Assembly (NCBI GenBank): GCA_002633005.1
Contig: NMRA01000540.1
Coordinates: forward strand, 82,119-146,118
Direction of reading: 5' to 3'
Length of the DNA stretch: 64,000 bases
Origin: Phoronis australis
Taxonomy: Eukaryota > Animalia > Phoronida
Shown: positions 41,601 to 53,600 of the stretch, in pieces
How the letters are laid out: each line of letters begins with the position of its first letter
Position numbering within the stretch: position 1 is the stretch's first letter
Notes under the pieces: model-generated
The model's database searches: none
What the model was told of the DNA's origin: nothing
Seen by the model: only the letters and a program-made list of their open reading frames with translations
Made by a program: the position numbers and the translations under genes

Positions 41601-44600
41601 CAACTTTGTAGGCTACGCCGGGTGTGTCCAACCAATAAATCCGTAATAGCGAAATAAAACAACACGTTTTTGTAAGAACTCGGTGTATTTTTAAGGGTTT
41701 TACATCAAACTTTGATGATTTATTGGTGCTAAACGATGATTCCACGCGATAAGCTGACATCAGTAACCCCTGTTGTGAACTGCTGTACAGAATGTGTGTG
41801 AAACCGATGATGTAATTGGATAATTTCAACACCTCCGTCTGCCGTCAGGTGTCAGGTAACGCAACAGCACTTGTCGTTATGGAGTAGAACTACTCGATCT
41901 AAATTGATACAAATTAGGTTGTTTTTTGGGTAGCATGCTCCTTTAATGGTTGCTTGCTCACCTAGAGTAAATATCACAAAGTTTATTCTTGCTCAAAGTT
42001 CGTGACTCCAATTAGATAAACATATCCCTGATTGGGACTACAAGTTTAAAGACAGGAAAATGCCTGCTACCTTGATATTATGCAAGGCACAAAACAATAA
42101 TGCAAAAAACCGAGACTACTGAAAATGCTGGGTATTTCTGTGTGATGAAATGTACGAATCCCTTAATCAAAGCGTACTTGACAATGAGGTCCAAACAATG
42201 AACTTACTATGTGACGAAGTGTGACAGGTTCCTGATGATTTGGACAACAAATCTCCATGGTGGACTCTGATTCACAAAGGAGTTCTTCAAATGTAAACAT
42301 GTGTGGAGGATCACCTAGACAGAAAGAGATTGTGCTCATGAATAACAATAAAATTGCAGCGCCATAGATATCGCTTCCTGTCACGACTGTGGATTCTATT
42401 TCCAGAAAAAATGTGACAAAATTCTAACTATCAGACAGCACTAAAATTCTCCTCATTTCCAACCAAGACTGAGAGCTACTGTGATGAACAATTCCTCTTA
42501 CAACCAGTTGCCATTACACGAAATCTTGCACAGGGCCAGTGTCCCCACCAGGCACAATTCTTAGACGTGACGCTCACATTTGACCACTACGTTGTTCAAA
42601 ATACGAGCCCCAAAACGCAATTTTATTGTGACTTTCTTAAAAAGACCCTGAGTCTGCGAGCCTAGCCCGTAAACAGCACAACAACCACTTAACCATCATG
42701 GAAAACACTGCCAGAATCCTTACTAGCAGCACAAAATTAGTTAAAAACGGTGTGTGTTTACATGAAAGAAATCCATTCGTATTTAGTATTTTTCCTAATA
42801 TATTGATGTGATAAGTTCAGCATAGTAGGAGTTCTATCAGTTCAGTAAAGTCAGAGTCAAACTTGGCCTTGGGTAATTTTGCTGAAGGTGTATAATGATC
42901 AACAGAGTGATGAGTTTACACCACATTTCAGCTTTTGCTCCTTTAAGCATTGATTTCGTGGTTATTTGTAAAGATTGAGAATCAACGGCAAATCTAACAC
43001 GGTGAAAATGTTACGCCACATTTTAGGGACATGAGGAGTCAAGGTGGAACGGTACCTTGACACTTTACACAAGGCACAAGTCGCGTGATTAGGTCACGAC
43101 CTTCGGGGTCACGAACGCACAGGCCTGGGTACCACTCATCAATTAGGTTATCCACCAGGTCAATGAGATTGCCAAATATCCTAAAAGTAAAGGTTCGATA
43201 TTAACCAATGCGTTAAAACACGTTTGCCACAATGTAAAAAGATACAACAGATACAAAGCCAATCATCGTATTACCATAGCATGGCCTTACAATCAGTCAA
43301 TTAAACAAAAATTGTCAAATATGAAAGCTAAACCAAAATTAATTAAATTTTTAGTCATTGGTAGCATTTCGCTAAATTTGTTATAAAGCCAAAACGCGTC
43401 CACACTGAACACCCACCTGATGCCCTGACAGGTAGCAGGTACTTTCAGAACTATCACGCCCGAGCCGAGTTCCATAGTCTGCACACTAAAGAAGTCTTCA
43501 CTGGACCACATGGCGAATATTCCCTCCTTCCAATACTGAAGAGTGGAAGGGCAGGTCTTGTGGACACCCAGAGACTGTGCAGACAACAAAAAAATTAAAC
43601 AGTGTCTCAAGAAAAGCTAACTGGTGTGAACAGGGCATTATTTCACACAGGACTAACGGCCACAGTTGTCTTTTCAATACCTAGCTCCAAATAGTAAAAC
43701 TACTTCAAATGTTGTCTTATGACACGCACGCATGCACTAAAACCAGCCAATAACATTTTGAAGTTTAGTCAGTTCCTTAACTTACAATTAAAATAAAACT
43801 TAACTTGACCATCATGTTGTGTTGTAAAAATATGAGGAGTTACTGTACGTCTACAGCCATACACTGTCACGTATGTATGTGATCGTTGTTCATATGTCTA
43901 CAGCCATACACTGTCACATATGTCTGTGATCATTGTTCATATGTCTACAGCCATACACTGTCACATATGTCTGTGATCATTGTTCATATTACTGTAGCCT
44001 TACCTTAGTCTCCTGGCAGTACACAAGAAGCCGTGTCAGAAGTCTGGACCAGAAGCCCAGGGGAGTGTAGGAGAGGACGTAATGGCGCTCCACATACGGT
44101 ATATCCATATCTTGACAGATTAAGTCTGCAATGTACGGTCAAGGAAGGTAGGAAGGTGAGAATGCTCATAGCAGCAACAGTGCATGGGAAAATAAGCAAA
44201 CAAAATTTCATTTCCTGGCATGACATGGGATTACAGCTGTCGTTCAAGCTACTTGGATGACTGGATGACGAATTCAGCCTGCACTCGGCAGTCAAGGTGG
44301 GGATTTCCAGTTGCATTCAGTTGTCCACATGACAGGAAATTACGCCTACACTCAGTCGACATGACAAGGAACTCCGCCTTCACTCAGACAGGGAAATCTG
44401 TGTAATTATTTGCACAAATACTTCTGCAATACAAAATCAAGAATTGTGACCAACTGGCTGCCCCAGCAACAGCTGCCCCAGATGTGAGATCATTAAGACA
44501 ACTTCCCTTCTGTAAACACCTCAGAATTTTATATGTCTGAAGTGGAAAAACGAGCTAGCAATTTGATTAGCTTTGAAATTGGCAGGTAATGTCAGTGAAA

Positions 44601-47600
44601 TTAGTTCTTTATGAACCCTGCTCTTAGTCAAACAACAATTCTAGGTTGACTGTGTAAACACAGCAGCTTAACATAGGAATTATGGTCCTTGCTGAGAAGA
44701 TAATTGTTTTATTACCCCTATATGTTTTGCATAGCCTATCCCTGAATTGAGTCAAAAAGATTTAAAGTAATCTCAGAATCCTCCACTAACCTTGTTTCTT
44801 TGGTGTTGGGATCTGTATTTCCGGATGTGTTGCCGATAGTCGACTAGTGATAAGCAGTTCCTCTTCATTTTTAGGCAGCGCTATCTCAAACCTGACAAGG
44901 GTAATATATGGACAATGCTATCTCAAACCCGACAAGGGCAATATATGGTCAATTTACGGGAAAAAGAAGCAGAATATGTTATTAAAACCAGAAATAGTCG
45001 CTTGGCATTATTTTTGATGCTCGACATTACAAGATGCCACCATGCTTTTCTATCTGGAAATACCGCAGAGGCCAAGTGGTACTCCAAGCTGATACTTGAA
45101 ATTCATTTTAGCCAGTAATTTATTGCCATCAAGTCATCACTCGAGCGATAATTGCTTTGGGCTCTGTTTCATGAAAGGCTCAAGTTTGATTGTTGGCATG
45201 TCAGCAGCATTATGTGACAAACGCAGTGTGACATGAGATGAAATGACAGCATTATTTTTACATCTAGGTTAAGACTAAACCAGTTTATGAAACCGAGCCC
45301 TTATCACGCAAAATGAACTTAAATCGGCTTTTGTGACATTGACAGGTACTGGCACGGATCTGAACTTAGTCATAATTATTCTCAAACAGGCCAGTTTCCT
45401 ATCAGAGACACGCAGCCCTACTTACTTCTCCAAAAGCCTCAAGTATTGTGGTATGAGACTGACAGGAAACGTGTATTTGACGTCTTCGCCAACACGGCCT
45501 CCACGAAACAGCAGATGGACATCACTTCTCTTCAGCACCTACGAATAGACGACAACGTAAACGGACTGATAGATGTCGACACATAGCTGCAAGCACAGAA
45601 AGACCAATCCCATCTGCAGATGAAAAATTGGGTCTGGATTAAACACGGAGCACAAGTTGCATTAAACGCAACTCACTTGATGATTAGTTTAATGTCCGCA
45701 ATTACAATTTTTGACACCAGGAGTACAATTTTATGGACAGTAACACACAGGCACACACATTAAAAAAACACTCCTAGTCACAACTTTGTGTATCTGAGAT
45801 CAGCTCCAACACACATTTGAGTCGATGACCTCAGAGATCACAGTCAAATATTACTACCTGAGCTAAAACCAAATGCAGCAAGAAGCCTAGAGTACTCAAC
45901 TGAAACGCTTATCGACCTCAGTTGAAGTTCACTTCACAGAATGATTAAAAGCAAATTAAATATATTGCACTGTCTTGTGTTTGTATTTTGCTGTTCAACA
46001 GCTTGGATCAAAGATTTGAACTTCAGCAAGTGCATCCTATGCAACAACAATCTTAAAATGCTGTTTTCGACTATAAAACCGATTGGGTCCATTTAACTTA
46101 CACAATCATCTAGTAAAAGTCAAACAAATAGTCCATTGGTCCAAGTAGTCGTGTGCTTTACGGATTCCATCTCGTAGTTTAAGATCATTTCCCAAATTAG
46201 CGAACAGTTAGAAAAAAAAATAAATTTAACCGCAGGCAAGGAAATAATGTTCATCAGATAACCTACCCCTTGATCACTAATAAAGGGATTTATCTCCCTT
46301 ACAGTGATGACCTGCGCCATCATGCGACATAGCCAACCAGGGTCAATGAAGTAAAGGTCATTCAACTGAAGCGTGTAGTCCTCATAGTGCAACAGCACAC
46401 CAGCCTCGTGTAGGAATCGCACCGCCTGCCAGGGGAGATAATCACTGATAAAGGAAGATACAACCTCAGACAGGCATAATGTTTTGATATTGTTGTTTAA
46501 CGCACTTACTAGGTACTAACAGCAATACTCTACATTGTTGCCATAACCTTGTAAATATGTTTAAAAGGATACTAAACCCTGTGGGGGTGACTTTAGACAA
46601 TCCTTGTGCTGTCACCTGCTAATGAGTCACCGGCATCCCATGAGAGTGACCAAAGCAGGATTGAATTGAATTGAAAACTTGTGGTCTTCAAGTCGTAGAC
46701 TGGAAATTGCAGTTCTTGGTGGAAGGTTTTTCCCTACTCAGTTGTCGTGTAAATCGCCAATTAAGTTAAGCATGCTCGTTTACAAAACTTAATAAGGAAT
46801 TAGCTTTCAAATTTTGCTCCATACTTTTAAGGCCAGTTATCAATGGTTATAGAGATTTATTTTATTTCAAAGAACTGGAATTGAAAGTTGTTTTCAATAT
46901 CTGTCAATTGGCAAAAACAGATTTAGCGTCCTTTTAATTAGCTAAATGACGGTTAACTTTAAATTAGTGAATCTTCAAATGAAAATTTATGTTGATGGAC
47001 CAGAGTTTGGTGACGACAGATAAAATTCAAATTAAATGCCCAAATTTTTTCGTATCTGAATCCTTAAAGCCACATGTAATTTCTAGCATTTATCCCAGGA
47101 AACTCTGATTCACAATATTGTTAGACAATGCAAGGACTTTGATGATTTTAACTTGAAGTTCAGCTGAAACCTAGACCAGCAACTTTAAGGGTCTCAGTCC
47201 CCTTAAATGGGCTAGAGCATTGGAAAACATCTAATCAACAAGCATTTGTGACATAATGATCAAATTTTCAAATTCTCCTCTTCTACTGTGATGCATGCAA
47301 ATTTAAGGCTATTATTTTATGTGGAATGATTTCCTCAAACCAGATAAGCCGCATGAGTTACTTTCCAGCACTAGTTTCAAATATATCTGACAAGAGCAAC
47401 GCAGAAAGTTGAAAAGTGCCCACGAATGCACCAACAATGGTGTGCTTCTAAGGTTGTTTATTTGTATCATAAGAATGGCTACTAGATGGCACAAAATATG
47501 TAGAATCCATCCGAAATCGGAATCATGCCATCGTTTCTTTAATAGAGAGCTATTTATCAAATTCCATAAAAATCTGCCAAGGAACTTGTGTCAGCAAAAC

Positions 47601-50600
47601 AAAGGAAAACGGAAACAAGAGCAACGCGGAGTGTTGAAATGCGCCCACGAATGCATCACAAATGGTGTGCTTTTAGGGTTATTAGTATCATAAAAATGGC
47701 CACTAGATGGCGCAAAAAACATACAATCCATCAAAAAACGGGAACATGCCATATTTCATAAAAATCTGTCCATGAACTTCAGAGAAACAAAGAAAAGCAG
47801 AACAAAATGAAATTGGCACTTGTGGGCACAGTGTCCGTTCGATCGTCTGTTATCTTCATATAAATTCACTTACTAAATTTAATAAAGATCCTGCAGTGGG
47901 TTTTGGATTAATGCAGCTAAAAGCGAAAAACAAAACCATCAGCAAACTACCGCTAGGAGGTGCAACAGTAATCAGTCGCCATCATCTATCCAGAAACGAG
48001 AGGATAGCGTCAACTCACTAATAGATACCTATATGCCAAATTTTATGAAAATCCATTGCAGACCTTAAGTTTGAAGATATAGAGGTAAACGTAAAAAACT
48101 GCCACTAGTGGGGGGACCACACCTGTAGTCGGATCCATCCAAAAGTTTGCTCATGCCATTCCATCAATGAAAGGAACACAATATGCAAAATGTCATGAAC
48201 ATACGTCGGATCCGTCCAAAATTCATCGTCATCAGTGGCCACATTCATACGAACACATCTGCCAAATCTCATAAAGATCCTGTGAAGAGTTTAGGAGATA
48301 CAGCTACGGATGTCGGATTCCCAAACAAAGATGGCGGCAATATGCGCCTAACTTATAAATATGTGAGCGCATAGTGGGAAATATGGCGCCACAAAATGCC
48401 ACAACCACGCCTCGGTAAAACTGCAAATGTAAAACCTCTTTATTGAGATATTGTGCCAGTAACATCTACCAGGTATAATTTTCAAATTTTTCACTATGGT
48501 CTTAAAAGTAGGCTCAAGATCACAAAAACAAACAACCACGCGGAATTGTTTTCCCCCTACCCCTTCCCCTCCCCATGCAAATAGGTACAGAATGTGAACA
48601 AAATCTCAAGCTCTCTTCTTGTAATGAACTTTTTCCATCATAGTGAATTTCATTTTCTCGCGGTGACCTTGAAAACGATATCAACATCACCAAAACTGAT
48701 TGGCACCTGCAGTCTGTTTGAATTGTCATGAGACGCTGGCCTTTGAACTCATCTGTTTTTTCTTCTGGCTTTTTGCCAGAACTTCCACAAAGCCAGACGA
48801 ATTTCAACGAAATTCATCATTTTTTGCAAACCAATTGTAAGTGACATCAGCATAACCTACAAGATACACTAGATACTCAAACACAAACAAAATACTGAAA
48901 GAACCAAACCTTGTTCACTACAATGCCTTTCCTAGCCTTTCACTGGGTGTCCTGTTAACAATCACAAGCAAGAATTCATAACAATTCCAAGTGATGTCCT
49001 TAAACCAAATTAAATCCTCACAACCAGGTTTTATCAACATTCTTTCAGGTTCACTTTCTATTGTCAGTTAGTGATGCGATGAAGTTTTTTTTAATTAAAA
49101 TCTCATCTTGCAAGAACATATTAAGTGACACATACAGTCCCATAACATATTTTCCCTGTCACGCTCCATGCACAAAACTTAACCACCATGTAAAGAAACC
49201 TGCTAACTTAACTCTCTTCTTTTTCACTATAATCAAATATTTCTGTTTTGTAATGTACCGGTATTTCCAATTCCTTTTTAAAAACAATTTCAGTTGGCTG
49301 TTGGGAATTTTAATTATAAAAGTTTCCTGAAATAGATAATTATGCTGTTTCACTAAAAACTGTCTGTATGCCAGGGACACACTTCATTTCTCAGTTCTTT
49401 TAAAACAAAATCACAAAACATTTTCACAGAATGGGATTAAGCCAAAATAAATGTGAAAGCAGTTCAACTTCTTCTTTACAAAAAAGAAACAAAACACGTT
49501 GTTGGTAAGAAATGCTAACATGCATTTAAAATCATTTGTTTTCAAAATTTTTAGAATAATTTTCATTTGAAACAATCTGAGTAGAAAAAATTGAAGCATG
49601 TAGATATAAAGATTCCCATTCTTTAGCTGAACTTCTAAAACACAGCAAAAGTTGCCATTTTTCTATTCCCTTTGGTTTTTGAGGCAACTTTATTATTTCT
49701 ACTTAAATATGTAGTAAATACCATGGGCATCTTAATTCTTTTGAACTAAAATTTGATAGAATTTTGAAGGAGTTGTATCTGAAAAAATTGCATTAATTTT
49801 GTAAACCATGCACGTGCCAAACTTGACTAATAGGGCGAGATTAAGTCCCCTTGTTTATACCAACGTTCAACTTAGATACTAAGCATGCTGGGAAATACTT
49901 TCCAACAAATAGCTAAAGGCCTTCAAGGTTTTTGTTCACAAAATCACTAATGAAAATGACCAATTTTGAACATTCAAGAACCCACTTAGTTTTACTCCTC
50001 TATTCGGTCTGTGAGGCTTCCAATGGTTTTCATTTCCCAGAAAGAAAATGTTAAGGCCTTTTGACACTGACTTAACTCCGGTCTGAGCCGTGGAGCTTCG
50101 ACGTAAACTGCGAAGTTAACTAAACCGTTCATACTGTCTTCGGTAGTCAACAGACTTTGAAATAAACGGCAAGTGACACTGTTGTCATCGAAGTATTCAC
50201 AAGGTAGCGTTGCCAGCTAAGTTTTTTTGTAATGTGACAATTTGGGAACATTTACCTGTGGTAATTGACATATAACTTATTTTTAATTGAATGAATTGGT
50301 GATTATTAGAGCAAAACAAAAGCAACTATTAGCGACGACACTACCCTGTAATTGTTGACGATAACAGTGGCACCAGGCGATAACTTCGATGGGAGCGAAG
50401 TTGACCAATCACACTGCTTCGCAGCGTCGACACTACTTGCTCTTAAATGCACCTCTTCACTGCGAAGTTAACTGGCGCTTTTAACTTCCCACAGCATTGA
50501 CACATGGATGAAAGAGACATCTATTTAGATATGATCTCATATGAGACAGTATATGACCCTGAATATAGTCACTCCTTTGATGATCAGCCCACTACAGAGA

Positions 50601-53600
50601 TTGGAGGGTGAATATAACCTGATTATTAACCAGGTGATGTTGGAGAAATTCAAAAGCTTTCTAGGAATCTATCAGAGTATCTCGATCAGCTTCTCATTTC
50701 AAGGGGATGTTTACACTATGAACGGCTTGAACACAATAGTCCAGTTGACACTGCCACCTCAAATAAAAAATTTGGTTGTAAGCAAATCTCTCCAACATTG
50801 GCCTACTCACAGCTCACTGCATTCAATCATAAAGACAGAGGTTCTATAACGAACATCATTGAGACCTGGCTAAGGTGCAAATAGGTGTTATAACACCCCT
50901 GAGGGTGAGCCTAGACAACAATCTGTGAGCTGAGAGCTCATCCCCAAGTGCAAGCTCAACGAGGGTAACCTGCACATAGCCAGCAAAATGCTCACTGACC
51001 AATTAATCAATAACATTCTTAGCAAGCTGCATAAACGTAGTACGCATGATACAAAAAAGCCAGCGATAGAGAATTTGCTGTTAGGTGATGCAATAAGTAA
51101 TTTCCATTGGCTGCCTAAGCTTATATGCTAAGCATATGGCTCACCTCGCCCCCACGCTGGGAGGATTTACAAACTATAGGTAAAAAAAGCCGCGAAGTGA
51201 GACAACCGCTTCACTGCTGAACGAGATGAGTGTTCATTTTGTCACAGATGTGACCTATGAGCTGAGCAACTTTTCATTCGTGGCAAGCAACTTTTAGTCT
51301 GTGCTCATACTTGGAAAATATTGAGATAAGAAAGTGAAGTGTTATGCATCATCAATGTTAAGAGTGAACTGGACATATTGTGGAACTAAATATCTGAGAG
51401 GAGTACGAGCATATTACTTGCAAGACAGTGTAGACCAAAATAAACGCAGATCCGCATTATTAGCCTAATTTCAATGGATTTTTTTATTTTAGATGTATTG
51501 GGTTCACCAGTTAGTCCTAGCAAAGCCTTAGTGCAATAAGAAAACGCAAGTTCAATCACGCAAACATAAGCCCGTCAAATGATAAGTGAAGCTGCTTCTT
51601 TGTGCCATGTTGCATCACAGCGAGATCCCAGCACAACCAACAAAAGGTTGTACTGAAGAAGGGTATGAATAAAACACCAGTGCGTGAGGGCATTATTACC
51701 AGCCGTAAGAATTAAAAGGTGATTCCTACAGTGATGTAGACAAAAGCAAGCCAATATGCCCAACAGTTCATTACATTTGGCAATTTATGGCACTGTAGGC
51801 TCCGAGCGGTGTTCTTAACTGGACATACTGTAGGCACCAATATTGTTCAAGATAGGCTTTACGGATTCCAGGGGCCCCAAGCTATTTGAAGTGTATGGTC
51901 CTAGTCATTACATTTCCCACAATTTTTGAACTGCAAACAGTTGCAAAAGCTTAAGGGAACTTGTGGTGACAACACAGGGAAACTTTTTAGCTTAATGGAC
52001 TGCCCCACTTCCTAGTTGATACATTTTTAATACCCCATGAGAACAGGGGTCCCTATTTTGCACAGGCACAAAGCTATAGCATAGATTGGCCTGCACTGAA
52101 CAAATGAGCTTTGACTATGACCATTCATATTATTATCTATTCAGCCTTGAACAGGGGACATAAATCTTTTATCATTTACTGTTTCAGTTCAGCCTCGGAC
52201 AGGGGACATAAACCCTCCATCGTTACCTGTTTCAGTTCATCCTCATCCAAGTCCAATTTTGCGTTGTTTTTTAGTTTCACCAGAACCTTGTGCGTTATAA
52301 CTGGGAACGTGTTCTTGTGTTTAGCCATGTTGGAAATACAGTCTTCTAATTTCTGAAAATAAATGAAGTTTGGCAGAAATCGCAAGAACAATGTGTAATC
52401 CTACATTAATGTGAATTAACTACGCATTAATTACGTACATAAATGTTTGTGTGTATAACCTTATTGGCAAGTTTGTGCATTTCATCAAATATCTCAAGAA
52501 ACTAAGCCATCAGTTTATACTATTAAATTTACTGAAAGTAGAAAACCTTGTGGAGAATTTCATAGAACTTAAAGTTTTACCAATCTGTTGTTAAAGGAGA
52601 ATGCCACCCGATTTAATTAGTCTTTTTTGCCGTCTTAATCGGTCTATATCCACATCGCCTCGCATACGGTCGACCTTACCTTGCCAAGAGGTGTCGCGTT
52701 AACCTGTGAGGAAAGTTAGAAACGACGCTAGCGACGTCAGTGGTTCATATGCAGAGTGAATGCCGCTATGTTGCGGTGCATCGTTCCCGCTTGTCCGAAC
52801 TAAGCAGCTGCGAGAAAAGCGGGTATATCGTTTTTTTTTACTTCCTCGAGAGTCTGAAATGCTTAGGAAGTGGCTCATGGTAGTGAAGAATGAAATGTAC
52901 GCTGTAAATAGCAAGTATTAGGACGTGAAACATATCCATGTCTGTGGCCTGCAGACGTCGACAGTGCCTGACAAATGCCGGCTTACCAAATAACTCCATA
53001 CGTTCCGTTGTCTGAGCTTGTTCACGGTGCCTCTCTAGTATTTCCTCATCACTGTATTCCTGTTCGAATTGATAGCCTGTAAAACTTAACAATCCACCTG
53101 CGATGTCGGGACTGATGAACTCTAGCTCGTCCTAAGTTGGGATTGCGAGTTGCCATGTTGGCGTTAATTACTGAGCGTTCTGTTTCAAAATGAATTATTC
53201 TCACCCTAACCAATACTTAATATATAAAACTGAAACAAAGTCTATCTCATTAGATGCAATTTTAATGCCTTTGGAGTGTTCGTGAGTGCAAATGATTTGA
53301 GAAGCCAGCAATGAATAAATCACTGCGTTACCGATTTTTGAAGTGCAATAAAACTAATTGACGGGTAGGCCATGTGAGCTCATGCTAATTTAGTGTTTGC
53401 TGGCACAAACTATTGTGAAACAACTCGATTTCCATCCCACGGCCAGGTGTTAGGGGAATCTTTATTTACATTAATTACTCAAATAATGATTGTCAATGTA
53501 CGACTTCTGCCCTGACGGTGCTGTGGCCAAGGTGGAACCTGAATTCGCGGCCCCCGACGAGTACATACATTTGTAGTTTCGTGGCTAATTCACCAACATA

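Noticed and set aside
50886-51570. Possible second solo LTR (starts TGTTAT, AATAAA near 51439)
   Set aside because: I could not find a matching CA end with a target-site duplication.
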